From positions 256,001 to 320,000 of the forward strand of contig CAWCKH010000003.1 in NCBI GenBank assembly GCA_963796055.1: DNA of 64,000 nucleotides. Reading direction: 5' to 3'. How positions within the stretch are numbered: position 1 is the stretch's first letter; each line of letters opens with the position of its first letter. The notes below the pieces were generated by a model. It was given only the letters and a program-made list of their open reading frames with translations, was not told the DNA's origin and searched no databases. The translations under genes were made by a program, and so were the position numbers. This document shows, piece by piece, positions 21,979 through 32,103 of this stretch. The DNA comes from an uncultured delta proteobacterium. Its GTDB lineage: Bacteria > Myxococcota > Myxococcia > Myxococcales > Myxococcaceae.

Positions 21979-23658
21979 ATGCGCGCCCTCGCCGACACCG
22001 TCCGTTCCCTGCCCACCGGGGCGGCGCTGCTCGAAGACCCGGTCTGCAACCGCGGCACCGCGTTCACCTCCGAGGAGCGTGCCCGGCTCGGGCTGGACGG
22101 GCTCCTCCCCCCGGCGGTGGAGACCCTCGAGCAGCAGTGTGCGCGGGCGTACGAGGCCTACCGGCGCAAGGCAGACGATCTGGAGAAGCACATCTATCTC
22201 CGGGCGCTCCAGGACACGAACGAGACCCTCTGCTACGCGGTCCTCCGCCGCCACCTGACCGAGATGGTGCCGGTGGTCTACACCCCGGTCGTCGCCCAGG
22301 CCTGTGCCCAGTTCTCGCAGATCTACCGGCGGCCGCGCGGCCTGTTCCTCCCCTACCCGGCGCGCGATCGGCTGGATCTGCTGCTGGAGAACCGACCCCG
22401 CCGCGAGGTGGACGTGGTGGTGGTGACCGACGGAGAGCGGGTGCTGGGCATCGGCGACCAGGGCGCGGGCGGGATGGGCATCTCCATCGGCAAGCTCCAG
22501 CTGTACACCCTCTTCGGCGGCGTCGAGCCTTCGCGGACCTTGCCCGTCCTGCTCGACGCGGGCACCAACAACCCCGAGCGGCTGGCAGAGCCGGACTACC
22601 TCGGCTGGCGGCACGAGCGGGTGAGTGGCGACGCCTACTTCGACTTCGTCGACCGCTTCGTTCAGGCGGTGCGGCGCGTGCTCCCCGGCGTGCTGCTCCA
22701 GTGGGAGGACTTCGCCCGTGACCACGCCGCCCCGCTGCTCGAGCGGTACCGGGACACGCTCTGCACCTTCAACGACGACATCCAGGGGACGGCGTCGGTG
22801 GTGGTGGCCGCGCTCACCGGCGCTTTCAGCGTGACCGGCGCGCGCTTTCGCGACCAGCGCATCGTCATCGTCGGAGCCGGCAGCGCGGGGGTGGGGCTCG
22901 CCGCCTACCTCCTCCAGACGATGCGTGCCGAGGGGCTGTCGGCGGAGGAGGCGCACCGGCGGCTGCTGCTGGTGGACCGCGAGGGGCTCCTCCATGACCG
23001 GATGGCCGGGCTCACCGACGGCCAGCGGTCGTTCGCCCAGCCGTTCGAGGCGGTACAGGTCTTCCACCGCAACGCTGCCGAGGACATCCCGCTCGAGGCG
23101 GTGATGCGGGAGGCCGGAGCCACGGTGCTCCTCGGCGTCTCGGCGCGGGGCGGGCTGTTCAGCGAGGAGGCGGTGCGCGCCATGGCGGCGCGGGTGGAGC
23201 GGCCAATCATCTTCCCCCTCTCCAATCCGCTCGAGCGCTGCGAGGCCACGCCTGCCGACCTCCTCCGCTGGACCGATGGACGGGCGCTCATCGCCACCGG
23301 AAGCCCGTACGCACCGGTCAACCACGGCGGCGTCACCCGCCGCATCGCCCAGTGCAACAACGTCTACATCTTCCCCGCGGTCGGACTGGGAGTGCTCGGC
23401 GTGGGAGCGCGGCGGGTGACCGACGGGATGATGCTCGCCGCGGCGCGCGCGCTCGGAGCCCGCTCGCCTGCCCGGAAGGACCCGGCCGCTCCGCTGCTCC
23501 CTCCCCTCGAAGAGCTCCTGAGCCTCACCCCGGAGATCGCGCTGGCCGTTGCCCGGGAGGCGCAGGACTCGGGGCTGGCCCCGGCCGCCTCGGAGGACGC
23601 GGTCCGCGCGGCCATCGCCGCCCGGTTCTGGACCCCGCTGTACCGCCCGCTCGACTGA
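21979..23658 (+). CDS. maeA: NAD-dependent malic enzyme
   Basis: NRGTAFT, VYTPVV, VTDGERVLGIGDQG, QWEDF, FNDDIQGT, GAGSAG, PLSNP, QCNNVYIFP. Confidence 0.92.
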   Translation: MRALADTVRSLPTGAALLEDPVCNRGTAFTSEERARLGLDGLLPPAVETLEQQCARAYEAYRRKADDLEKHIYLRALQDTNETLCYAVLRRHLTEMVPVVYTPVVAQACAQFSQIYRRPRGLFLPYPARDRLDLLLENRPRREVDVVVVTDGERVLGIGDQGAGGMGISIGKLQLYTLFGGVEPSRTLPVLLDAGTNNPERLAEPDYLGWRHERVSGDAYFDFVDRFVQAVRRVLPGVLLQWEDFARDHAAPLLERYRDTLCTFNDDIQGTASVVVAALTGAFSVTGARFRDQRIVIVGAGSAGVGLAAYLLQTMRAEGLSAEEAHRRLLLVDREGLLHDRMAGLTDGQRSFAQPFEAVQVFHRNAAEDIPLEAVMREAGATVLLGVSARGGLFSEEAVRAMAARVERPIIFPLSNPLERCEATPADLLRWTDGRALIATGSPYAPVNHGGVTRRIAQCNNVYIFPAVGLGVLGVGARRVTDGMMLAAARALGARSPARKDPAAPLLPPLEELLSLTPEIALAVAREAQDSGLAPAASEDAVRAAIAARFWTPLYRPLD

Positions 23659-23794
23659 CCTTCCAGCGGCAACAGCCGGAAGCCTGCCACCGATAAGTGG
23701 GACCGAGGTACAAGCGGCCCGTGGCGCGCCGGGTTCGCTGCAGTGGCGCCTCGATGTTCGGCATAGGAGCGTTGGCCAGGGAGGTTCGGACCAG

Positions 23795-25255
23795 ATGGCG
23801 CACGGGACGACGACGGAGAAGGCAGGGACGCTGGTGGAAGGTGGGAAGTACCGCATCGAGACCGATTCGATGGGCGCGGTGCAGGTGCCGAACGAGCGGC
23901 TGTGGGGCGCGCAGACCCAGCGCTCGCTGCACCACTTCTCCATCGGCGACGACCGGATGCCCCAGGCGGTCTACCGGGCCTACGGCATCGTGAAGAAGGC
24001 CGCCGCGCGGGTGAACGCCGAGCTGGGCCGGCTGCCGAAGGACAGGGCCGAGCTCATCGACCGCGCGGCCGACGAGGTCATCGCCGGCAAGCACACCGCC
24101 GAGTTCCCGCTCTTCGTCTGGCAGACCGGCTCCGGCACCCAGTCGAACATGAACGTGAACGAGGTCATCGCCAATCGCGCCATCCAGCTCGCCGGCGGCA
24201 CGCTGGGGACGCAGGCGCCGGTGCATCCCAACGACCACGTGAACATGTCCCAGTCGTCGAACGACACCTTCCCCGCGGCGATGCACGTCGCGGTGGTGCT
24301 CGAGCTGGCCAATCACCTCATCCCCAGCATCGAGGCGCTGGTGAAGGTGCTCTGGGCCAGGGCTCGCGAGTGGGCCGACGTGGTGAAGATCGGCCGGACG
24401 CACCTCCAGGACGCGACCCCGCTCACCGTGGGCCAGGAGTGGAGCGGCTACGCCACCCAGATGGAGGACGCGCTGGCCGAGGTGAAGCACGCGATGGAGC
24501 GGCTCTACCCTCTGGCGGCCGGCGGCACCGCGGTGGGCACCGGGATCACCGCGCCACCGGATTTCGGCGAGCGCATTGCCAGGGAGATCGCCCGCCTCAC
24601 CGGCCATCCGTTCGTCACCGCCCGGAACAAGTTCGCCGCCATCGGCTCGCTCGACCCGATGGTGGGCGTCAGCAGCGCGCTGCGCAACCTGGCGGTGCCG
24701 CTGATCAAGATCGCCAACGACGTCCGCTGGCTGGGGTGCGGGCCGCGGGCCGGGATCCACGAGCTGAACCTTCCGGCCAACGAGCCCGGCTCGTCGATCA
24801 TGCCGGGGAAGGTGAACCCCACCCAGGAGGAGGCGGTGGTGATGGTGGGCATCCAGGTGATCGGCAACGACACCGCAGTGGGCTTCGCCGGCTCGCAGGG
24901 CAACTTCGAGCTGAACGCGATGCGGCCGATCATCCTCAAGAACGTGCTGCACTCCTCCACCATCCTCGCCGACGTGTGCGACCGGTGGCGGGAGCACAGC
25001 CTAGAGCAGATCACCCTGGACCGCGCCCGCATCGACCGCTACCTGGGCGAGTCCCTGATGCTGGTGACCGCGCTCAGCCCGGTCATCGGCTACGACAAGG
25101 CGGCGCACATCGCCCACGAGGCGCATCAGAAGGGCATGACCCTCCGGGAGGCGGCGCTCGCCTCGGGGCACGTCACCGCCGAGCAGTTCGACAAGGTGGT
25201 GGTGCCGCGTTCGATGGTGGGCAACCCTCGCCGGGACGTGGGGCTGGAGAAGTAA
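23795..25255 (+). CDS. fumC: Class II fumarate hydratase
   Basis: RIETDSMG, WQTGSGTQSNMNVNEV, KIGRTHLQDATP, GSSIMPGKVNPTQ. Confidence 0.96.
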   Translation: MAHGTTTEKAGTLVEGGKYRIETDSMGAVQVPNERLWGAQTQRSLHHFSIGDDRMPQAVYRAYGIVKKAAARVNAELGRLPKDRAELIDRAADEVIAGKHTAEFPLFVWQTGSGTQSNMNVNEVIANRAIQLAGGTLGTQAPVHPNDHVNMSQSSNDTFPAAMHVAVVLELANHLIPSIEALVKVLWARAREWADVVKIGRTHLQDATPLTVGQEWSGYATQMEDALAEVKHAMERLYPLAAGGTAVGTGITAPPDFGERIAREIARLTGHPFVTARNKFAAIGSLDPMVGVSSALRNLAVPLIKIANDVRWLGCGPRAGIHELNLPANEPGSSIMPGKVNPTQEEAVVMVGIQVIGNDTAVGFAGSQGNFELNAMRPIILKNVLHSSTILADVCDRWREHSLEQITLDRARIDRYLGESLMLVTALSPVIGYDKAAHIAHEAHQKGMTLREAALASGHVTAEQFDKVVVPRSMVGNPRRDVGLEK

Positions 25256-25257
25256 GC

Positions 25258-25566
25258 CTACCGGTGCTGCGCGTCGTGCTTCTGCGCGTAGATCCGGCGG
25301 CTCACCCGGTTCTGCTGCCGGTTGATGCTCCGGCGCTCGGCCGGGGTGAGCGTCCCGCCGTTGGCCGCGCGGTCACGGGCAACCTCGTTCTGGATCCGGC
25401 CCTCCTGCCTCTCGAGGCGCCCGGTCTCCCGCGGGGTGAGCTGACCGCTCTCCACGCCCTCGGCGATGCGCTCCTGCTGGCGGTTCTCGCGCCGATCCAC
25501 CTCGGCGGCCACCGCCAGCGAGGACAGCGCGCTCACCACCAGAATCGTCTTGATCATCGTCTTCAC
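25258..25566 (-). CDS. Small secreted Arg/Gln-rich helical protein
   Basis: Signal peptide, then two G-x-LT-P-x-E repeats; start uncertain (25566 GTG or 25557 ATG). Confidence 0.75.
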   Translation of the reverse strand: MKTMIKTILVVSALSSLAVAAEVDRRENRQQERIAEGVESGQLTPRETGRLERQEGRIQNEVARDRAANGGTLTPAERRSINRQQNRVSRRIYAQKHDAQHR

Positions 25567-25684
25567 CGGTTCGTCTCCTGACATCGGGCCGGCGTCGTGC
25601 AGTGCCCGCTCGCAGGGTTCGAACCCGGGCCACGCGCGACGGTTGCGGGCGGCCCGGGGTGGTCACCGGTGACCCCTCGGGCGC

Positions 25685-26971
25685 TCAGCGCCCGGGTGGG
25701 ACCACGACCACTCCTTCCTTCATCACGAAGCCGACGTGCTCGGTGGCGGTGATGTCCTTCAGCGGGTCGTCCTTCATCCCCACCAGGTCCGCATACGCGC
25801 CGGGCGCGGTCGTGCCGAGCTCCGACTCCTTGCCCAGGAGCGATGCCGCGACCACCGTCCCCGCGCGCAGCGCCTGCCAGGGCGACATCCCCAGAGCGAC
25901 GTAGCGCTTGAACTCCTCGGCCTGATTCAGCTTGTCCCAGGGGAACCCGCCGGCGTCGGTGCCGAGGGCGATGGGCACGCCCGCGGCCAGCGCGCGCCGG
26001 AATGACTCGTCCGAGGCCTTGGCGATTGCCCCCCAGATGGGGTTGAGCTTGCTCCGGGGAGCGTCGACGTAGGCGATGACGGTCAGCGTCGGCGACAGGA
26101 ACACCTTCTTCTTCGCCATCTGCTTCACCGTCGCTTCGTCGAGGACCTGCCCATGCTCGATGGAGTCGACGCCGGCGGCCAGGGCGATGGCGTGGCCGGT
26201 GGGCGTGATGCTGTGCGCGGCGACCCGCCGGTTGGTCCGGTGCGCCTGGTCCACGATGGCGTTGAGCTCCTCCTGGGTGAAGTTGGGGAGGCTGCGGATC
26301 TGCCCGTCGGGCCGCTTGTAGTAACCACGATCGGCGTAGACCTTGATCCAGTCCGCCCCGTGGGCGATCTGGTCACGCACCGCCTTGCGGCAGGCATCGG
26401 CTCCGTCGCAGAGCTGGACCCCCTTGGGCATGTCCAGCTCCCAGGAGTAGCTGGTGCCCCCGAGCCCGTAGGCACCGGTGGGCGCCAGCGCCTTGGTGGC
26501 CACGAAGAGCCGGGGGCCCACGATGACGCCTCCCGCGACCGCCTTCTTCATGTCCACGTCGGCGAACCCGGAGCCCTCGTTGCCGATGTCCCGGAGCGTG
26601 GTGAACCCGTGCTCGAGCGCGATGCGCATCGCCCGGCTCGCCCGCAGCGCCCGGTAAGGGAGCGACTCCTTGAGGAGCTGCTCGTCGTACTCCACGTCGG
26701 TCGGGTCACCCTGCAGCATCACGTGGGTGTGGGTGTCGATGAAGCCGGGGCAGACCGTCAGCGCCGAGGCATCGACCACCTGCGCACCCGCCGGCACGAC
26801 GTCGCCCACCGACTTGATGCGGCCGTCCTGGATCACCACCACTGCACCGGTGCGCACCTTCTGATTCACCGGATCCAGGAGCCGTCCGGTCCGGACCGCG
26901 ATCACCCCGGGCTGCTGCTGTCCGAGCGCAACGCCGCACAGCAGCGTTGCCACCCACCCCACGATCCGCAT
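25685..26971 (-). CDS. Exported metal-dependent amidohydrolase (Xaa-Pro dipeptidase-like)
   Basis: Signal peptide, PGFIDTHTH, GFTTLRD, GADWIKVY, VAAH, SIEHG, ALGTDAG. Confidence 0.9.
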   Translation of the reverse strand: MRIVGWVATLLCGVALGQQQPGVIAVRTGRLLDPVNQKVRTGAVVVIQDGRIKSVGDVVPAGAQVVDASALTVCPGFIDTHTHVMLQGDPTDVEYDEQLLKESLPYRALRASRAMRIALEHGFTTLRDIGNEGSGFADVDMKKAVAGGVIVGPRLFVATKALAPTGAYGLGGTSYSWELDMPKGVQLCDGADACRKAVRDQIAHGADWIKVYADRGYYKRPDGQIRSLPNFTQEELNAIVDQAHRTNRRVAAHSITPTGHAIALAAGVDSIEHGQVLDEATVKQMAKKKVFLSPTLTVIAYVDAPRSKLNPIWGAIAKASDESFRRALAAGVPIALGTDAGGFPWDKLNQAEEFKRYVALGMSPWQALRAGTVVAASLLGKESELGTTAPGAYADLVGMKDDPLKDITATEHVGFVMKEGVVVVPPGR

Positions 26972-27059
26972 GTGCCCTCACCTTCCCTGGTCGAGGAAAT
27001 TCCCGGGGAAGAGTGTGGCACGCCGCTCCGCACCAGGGCGCGAGAACCGCGGCGCGGGG

Positions 27060-27743
27060 TCACTCCGGTGTGGCCTGGACGATGAAGCGGCGGGGCGCCG
27101 AGCCCACGAAGTAGAACGGGTAGCAGGTGACCAGCGTGAGCCGGGACTCACGGCTCGGGGCGAGCACCTGGGTGTCGCTCGGGGCCACGATCGAGAACCG
27201 CTGCACGCGGAACCGCCGCACCTCCGCCGGGAGGGCCAGCTCCACCACGTCTCCCTCGGCGATGTCCTTCAGCACCCGGAAGAAGCCGTCACGGTGCCCG
27301 GCGATGCCCACGTTCCCCGCCTCGCCCGGGCGGGAGGTCCCCTCGATGTGGCCCACGGCGCGATCGAGCGTCCATTCGTCGGTGCCAGCGAGCACCGGAA
27401 CCTCGAGCCCGAGCCGCGGGATCCGGAGCAAGGCGAGCGGCGGTGGCGCCGGCCGGGTCAGGGCACGTGCATACGCCCGGATGCGGCCTGCGTCCCAGAG
27501 GCTCTGGTCGACCTCGACCGGCGGAGCCCCTCGGCGGCTGAGCGGCGAGGCCGCCGCCGCCGCTCGGGCAGTCTCGTGGAAGGCGGCGATCGAGCCGCGC
27601 TCGGAGGCCCAGGCCAGGCCGCGGGCCATCGCCCAGGTCCCGCCGAGCACGACCGCCATCGCCCAGGCGACCCGCTCGAGCAGATGAAGCCGGCGACGCC
27701 AGGAGCTTCGGCGGTCCATCTCCATCGTCGCCCCGTGGAACAC
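27060..27743 (-). CDS. Sortase (class D-like)
   Basis: N-terminal membrane anchor, LRIPRLGL, GNVGIAGHRDGFF, TLVTCYPF...R giving the His-Cys-Arg triad. Confidence 0.93.
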   Translation of the reverse strand: MFHGATMEMDRRSSWRRRLHLLERVAWAMAVVLGGTWAMARGLAWASERGSIAAFHETARAAAAASPLSRRGAPPVEVDQSLWDAGRIRAYARALTRPAPPPLALLRIPRLGLEVPVLAGTDEWTLDRAVGHIEGTSRPGEAGNVGIAGHRDGFFRVLKDIAEGDVVELALPAEVRRFRVQRFSIVAPSDTQVLAPSRESRLTLVTCYPFYFVGSAPRRFIVQATPE

Positions 27744-27761
27744 CGCCGCTTCCCTGCTTCG

Positions 27762-28466
27762 CTAGCGGAGTACCCGCGCGGCGCGCAAGGTCAGGGCGAT
27801 TCCCCCGCAGACCAGGGCGAGCAAGCCCACCAGAGGCAGCGGGCTGGCGGTCTTGGGCATCGCGGGCGCAGCGGCCACCGTGGTCGACGGCCCGGGCTCG
27901 GCCGGAGCCGATGCGTGGGCGACCACCGAGCGCTGGCTGGTCGTCGTCGGCGGGAGCGTGGTGACGAAGGTGCCGCTGAGCCTCTCGCCCTTCTTCACGG
28001 TGCGGAGCGGGACCTGCTTGCCATCCTTGGCGAAGTAGACGTCGTTCCCGTCGGGGTCCTTGAAGTTGTAGCTCTTGAGCTCGCCCTTCTCGTCCTTCAG
28101 CACGATGCCGCCCGGGGCGACCTGCATCACCGTCCCCTTGGCGACCCGGGTGACGGTCACATTGCGGGTGGTGACCTTGTCGGTGATGACCGCGCCGACC
28201 TGCATGCCCGGCTTGATCTGGTCGACACCGACCGACTTGCCATCCACCTGGAAGGTGAAGCCGTCGGGCAGCGTGTACTCGTGCTCGCCGTCCGCCTCTT
28301 TGAGGACGACCTTGTTTCCCGCCACCGACTCGACGGTGCCCTGCTTCACGGTTTGCTTCACCGACGTGGACTCGGCGCTGGTGGCGGCGCCCGCGGCCTG
28401 GGCGAAGGCAACGGGACTGACCGCGAGCGAGAGCAGGCAAGCTGCGATTCGCGACTGAACTGACAT
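27762..28466 (-). CDS. Secreted beta-rich protein with LPXTG-like sorting signal (MPKTAS)
   Basis: Signal peptide (AFA-Q), duplicated small beta module, P/A/T linker, MPKTAS + hydrophobic stretch + basic tail RAARVLR. Confidence 0.85.
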   Translation of the reverse strand: MSVQSRIAACLLSLAVSPVAFAQAAGAATSAESTSVKQTVKQGTVESVAGNKVVLKEADGEHEYTLPDGFTFQVDGKSVGVDQIKPGMQVGAVITDKVTTRNVTVTRVAKGTVMQVAPGGIVLKDEKGELKSYNFKDPDGNDVYFAKDGKQVPLRTVKKGERLSGTFVTTLPPTTTSQRSVVAHASAPAEPGPSTTVAAAPAMPKTASPLPLVGLLALVCGGIALTLRAARVLR

Positions 28467-28730
28467 GGACTGGACCCTCCCCTGGACTCGGATGACTTGG
28501 AAAGACCTTCGGAGGCTTACGCCGGCTTGAATCCAGGAGAGATAGCCCTTTTGGAGTGGGTTATGTTTGACCCGCCCATCGGATCAGGCAATCCTGCTGG
28601 GCCGTTCCCTCCGGTGGCTGGCCGCGCCGCGGCCGACAGGTCCGGTACGGCTACGGTTTTCTGCTGGAAACACCCCTCGCCCCTGCGCTGGGCCTGGCCG
28701 CCGTCCACCGGCCCTAGACTCAGAGGGGCG

Positions 28731-29303
28731 ATGACGCGCCTCCGCCAGACGCTCACCGGACTCGGCCTCCTCCTCGTGCTGTCCGGCTGCGACCTCCTCG
28801 ACCCGAACGGCGGGAACGGCGGGGGGCCAAAGCCCTCCGACCCGACGACTGACCTGGCGAGGGTGGCGCTGCAGGCGCACGACCAGGTCCGCAGCAGCGC
28901 CACGCCGGCCCCGAATCCCGCCCTCCCGGCGATGCAGTGGTCGAGCGAGGTCGAGGCCGTCGCTGCCCAGTGGGCTGCGCACTGCGTCTACCAGCACAAC
29001 GCAGGGCGCGGGAACCTCGGGGAGAACATCGCCGCCAGCTCGCCGGGCTACTGGCCCACCATCGCGGAGGTGGTGCAGGCCTGGGCCTCGGAGGCGACGG
29101 ACTACGACTACGCGTCCAACAGCTGCGCCGCCGGGAAGGTGTGCGGGCACTACACGCAGCTCGTCTGGCGGAGCAGCACGTTGCTGGGCTGCGCCTACGC
29201 GCGCTGCACCGAGAACTCGCCCTTCCCCGGCGTGCCCACCTGGGACTTCTGGGTCTGCGACTACAGCCCTCCGGGAAACTGGGTGGGCGAGCGACCGTAC
29301 TGA
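28731..29303 (+). CDS. CAP/SCP (PR-1-like) domain lipoprotein
   Basis: Lipobox LSGC, AHDQVR, LGENIA, CGHYTQLVW, WVCDYSPPGNWVGERPY. Confidence 0.92.
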   Translation: MTRLRQTLTGLGLLLVLSGCDLLDPNGGNGGGPKPSDPTTDLARVALQAHDQVRSSATPAPNPALPAMQWSSEVEAVAAQWAAHCVYQHNAGRGNLGENIAASSPGYWPTIAEVVQAWASEATDYDYASNSCAAGKVCGHYTQLVWRSSTLLGCAYARCTENSPFPGVPTWDFWVCDYSPPGNWVGERPY

Positions 29304-29395
29304 CAGCAGGAACCTCACCAGGGCGCGCGCCTTTCCCTGGAAAGCCGCGCCCGCTCGCGTAGCATCGCCGGCCCGCTGAACTGCTGGAGGTCCTG

Positions 29396-31099
29396 GTGCG
29401 CCTGCTCTGCACGCTGCTGGTCCTCGCCGTCGGTTGCGCCGGAGGCTCCTCGTCGCCTCCGCCCGGGGCCGCCACCTCCGCGGCCCCGAAGACGCCGCCG
29501 CCCCCGCCACCGGTTCCCGCCTCGGTGCTCGCCCTCGCTCAGGGCGCCCAGCCGTTCGATGGGCTGGGGACACTGAGCCGCCGGGTGTCGACCGCATCCC
29601 CCGAGGCCCAGCGCTACTTCGACCAGGGCCTGCGCCTGGCGTACGGCTTCAACCACGACGAGGCCACGCGCTCCTTCGCCCGCGCCGCCGAGCTCGACCC
29701 GGGCTGCGCATCGTGCCTGTGGGGCGTGGCCTGGACACTGGGCCCCAACTACAACGTGCCGATGCTCCCCGATCGGGCGCAGGCGGCGTGGGCTTCGCTG
29801 CAGGCAGCGGGCGAACGCGCGAGCCGTGCCGGGCCGGTGGAGCAGGCGCTCATCAGCGCGCTCGCCACCCGGTACCGGGGACCCGAGCCGGTGGATCCGC
29901 CCGGACAGCAGCCGATGAACGAGGCCTTCGCCACGGCGATGCGCGCGGTGGCGAAGGCGCACCCGGAGGATGACGACGTGCAGGTCATCTTCGCCGAGTC
30001 GCTGATGGACGTGAACCCCTGGCACCTGTGGACGCTGGACGGGAAGCCGGCGCCCGGCACCGAGGAGATCGTGGCCACGCTGGAGCGCGTGCTGGGCCGC
30101 AATCCCCAGCACCCCGGCGCGAACCACTACTACATCCACGCGGTGGAGGCCTCGGCGAACCCCGGGCGGGCGGTCCCCTCGGCGGAGCGGCTCGCAGCGC
30201 TGATGCCGGCGGCCGGGCACATCGTCCACATGCCGGCGCACATCTTCCAGCGGGTGGGCCGCTACGCCGAAGCCTCCGAGGCGAACCGACGCGCCATCCG
30301 CGCCGACGAGGCCTACCTCGCCAGGACCAGTCCGCCCGGCTACTACCCGATGTACCTGGGCCACAACCACGGGTTCCTCGCCTACTCGGCGTCGATGCTG
30401 GGCCGATCCGAGGAATCGCTCCGGGCCGCGCGCGCGGCGACCGCGGCCATCCCTCCCGAGATGCTGGAGATGATGCCCGGCATGGACTTCTTCGCCTCCG
30501 AGCCGCTGCTGGTGATGGTGCGGTTCGGGAAATGGAAGGAGCTGCTCGCCGAGCCGCGCCCTGAGGCGAAGTACCCCACCCTCACCGGGCTCTGGCTGCA
30601 CGCACGGGGGATGGCGCTGGCCTCCACCGGAAAGACCCGCGAGGCCGCGGCGACGATGCGCGAATTGCGCGCGCTGGCCACCCGGCTGCCTCCGGATCTC
30701 ATGGCCGGTCAGACCCCCGCGGCGGCCATGTGCCGACTGGGCGCCGACGCCATCGAGGCGCGCATCGCCGAGCGGGCACGCAAGTGGAAGCCGGCCATCA
30801 CCGCCTGGCAGCGAGCCGTCGTCCAGGAGGACGGCTTCGCCTACGACGAGCCGGCGGACTGGTTCTACCCGATGCGCCACTACCTCGGCGCGGCGCTGCT
30901 CGACGCCAGGAAGCCGAAGGAGGCCGAGGCCGTCTACCGGGAGGACCTCCGGCGCAACCCGAACAATGGCTGGGCCCTGTGCGGGCTCGCGTCCTCGCTC
31001 TCCGCTCAGGGGAAGAAGGACGAGGCAACCGCGGTGCGGGCGAGGTTCGAGGGGGCGTGGAAGGACGCCGACATCAAGCTGACCCGCAGCGCGCTCTGA
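29396..31099 (+). CDS. TPR-like repeat lipoprotein
   Basis: Lipobox AVGC, AQRYFDQGL..YGFNHDEA, HPGANHYYIH, GHIVHMPAHIF, AEAVYREDL..PNNGWAL. Confidence 0.8.
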   Translation: MRLLCTLLVLAVGCAGGSSSPPPGAATSAAPKTPPPPPPVPASVLALAQGAQPFDGLGTLSRRVSTASPEAQRYFDQGLRLAYGFNHDEATRSFARAAELDPGCASCLWGVAWTLGPNYNVPMLPDRAQAAWASLQAAGERASRAGPVEQALISALATRYRGPEPVDPPGQQPMNEAFATAMRAVAKAHPEDDDVQVIFAESLMDVNPWHLWTLDGKPAPGTEEIVATLERVLGRNPQHPGANHYYIHAVEASANPGRAVPSAERLAALMPAAGHIVHMPAHIFQRVGRYAEASEANRRAIRADEAYLARTSPPGYYPMYLGHNHGFLAYSASMLGRSEESLRAARAATAAIPPEMLEMMPGMDFFASEPLLVMVRFGKWKELLAEPRPEAKYPTLTGLWLHARGMALASTGKTREAAATMRELRALATRLPPDLMAGQTPAAAMCRLGADAIEARIAERARKWKPAITAWQRAVVQEDGFAYDEPADWFYPMRHYLGAALLDARKPKEAEAVYREDLRRNPNNGWALCGLASSLSAQGKKDEATAVRARFEGAWKDADIKLTRSAL

Positions 31100-31115
31100 G
31101 CCTTGCCCGGGGCCG

Positions 31116-31712
31116 TCAGCGACCGCTCAGCATGAGGGCCAGCACCGTGGCGACCTCGGCATCCGGCCAGCTGGCGAGGATGGTGGGCAGGGTCACCCCC
31201 ACCTGGATGATGTTCCCCCCGCAGTTCCTCGGGCCCACGTACGCCTGCCCCTGGAAGCGAATGTCGTAGCCGCAGCGGCCAAACGCGCCGTTGATGCGCG
31301 CCTTGCTGACGGTGGCCGTGGACGGGGGGCCGAGGATGAGCCCGTTGACGGTCATCCCGTCCGGGCCCTGGCTGACGTGGAGGTTGAACGGCCCCTTGCT
31401 GACGATTCCGTCCGCCCCGTCGGCGGTCACGGTCACGTTCACGTCACGGCCGAACGCCGTACCCCGCCAGGCGGTCGTGCCCGACGGGTCGGGATAGCGA
31501 CCCAGGTTGACGTCTGGACCCTGGATGCCCGTCGGAGTGACCAGGGCCACGATGGGGTTCCGGATGCCGGTGAGGACGAACCGGCCGCTCTCGGGCATCG
31601 CCTGCGCCTCGGGCGGCAGGACGTCGGGCGGCGGAAGCGGCTCCTCGTGCGCACAACCCGCGAGCAGGCTGGTCAGGACCACGACCAGAGTGGAGAGGAC
31701 GATGGGCCGCAT
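31116..31712 (-). CDS. Hypothetical lipoprotein
   Basis: Lipobox LAGC; beta-rich; co-oriented with neighbours. Confidence 0.7.
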   Translation of the reverse strand: MRPIVLSTLVVVLTSLLAGCAHEEPLPPPDVLPPEAQAMPESGRFVLTGIRNPIVALVTPTGIQGPDVNLGRYPDPSGTTAWRGTAFGRDVNVTVTADGADGIVSKGPFNLHVSQGPDGMTVNGLILGPPSTATVSKARINGAFGRCGYDIRFQGQAYVGPRNCGGNIIQVGVTLPTILASWPDAEVATVLALMLSGR

Positions 31713-31721
31713 GGAGCGGAC

Positions 31722-32087
31722 CTAATCACCGTCGCGCCGATCGACCACGGCGTTCAGCAGGGCCCGTGTCATAGTGATGACCAGCGCTCCGAGGAACGCC
31801 GGGACGAACCCGTCCACGTGCAGCCCCAGTCCGAGCGACTGCGCCAGCGCACCGGTCACCCACAACAAGATGGCGTTGATCACCAGGGCGAAGAGTCCCA
31901 GCGTGAGGAAGGTCACCGGGAGCGCGAGCAGCCGGAGGATGCTTCCCAGCAGCGCATTCACCAGTCCGAAGAGCAGCGCGACCAGCAGGAGCCCCGGCAG
32001 CGGACCCGCATAGCTCAGACCGTTGACCAGCCGGGTGGCGACCCAGAAGGCGACGGCGGTCACCAGGAGGTGCAGCAGAAACCGCAT
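31722..32087 (-). CDS. 4-TM 'phage holin family' (YvlD/DUF360-like) membrane protein
   Basis: GLVNA..ILRLLALPVTFLTLGLFALVINA, VDGF..AFLGALVI. Confidence 0.85.
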   Translation of the reverse strand: MRFLLHLLVTAVAFWVATRLVNGLSYAGPLPGLLLVALLFGLVNALLGSILRLLALPVTFLTLGLFALVINAILLWVTGALAQSLGLGLHVDGFVPAFLGALVITMTRALLNAVVDRRDGD

Positions 32088-32103
32088 GACCCCTCCTCGA
32101 CGT

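Noticed and set aside
18046..23943. 1965-aa ORF as one giant protein
   Set aside because: Only the last ~706 aa are PPK1; the rest is a stop-free antisense shadow of the lipoprotein and malic enzyme genes, common at high GC
25616..25626. GGTTCGAACCC, resembling a tRNA T-loop
   Set aside because: T-stem is imperfect and no acceptor, D or anticodon arms can be folded
31722..32087. Holin-family gene as evidence of a prophage
   Set aside because: No phage genes nearby, and this family is commonly chromosomal
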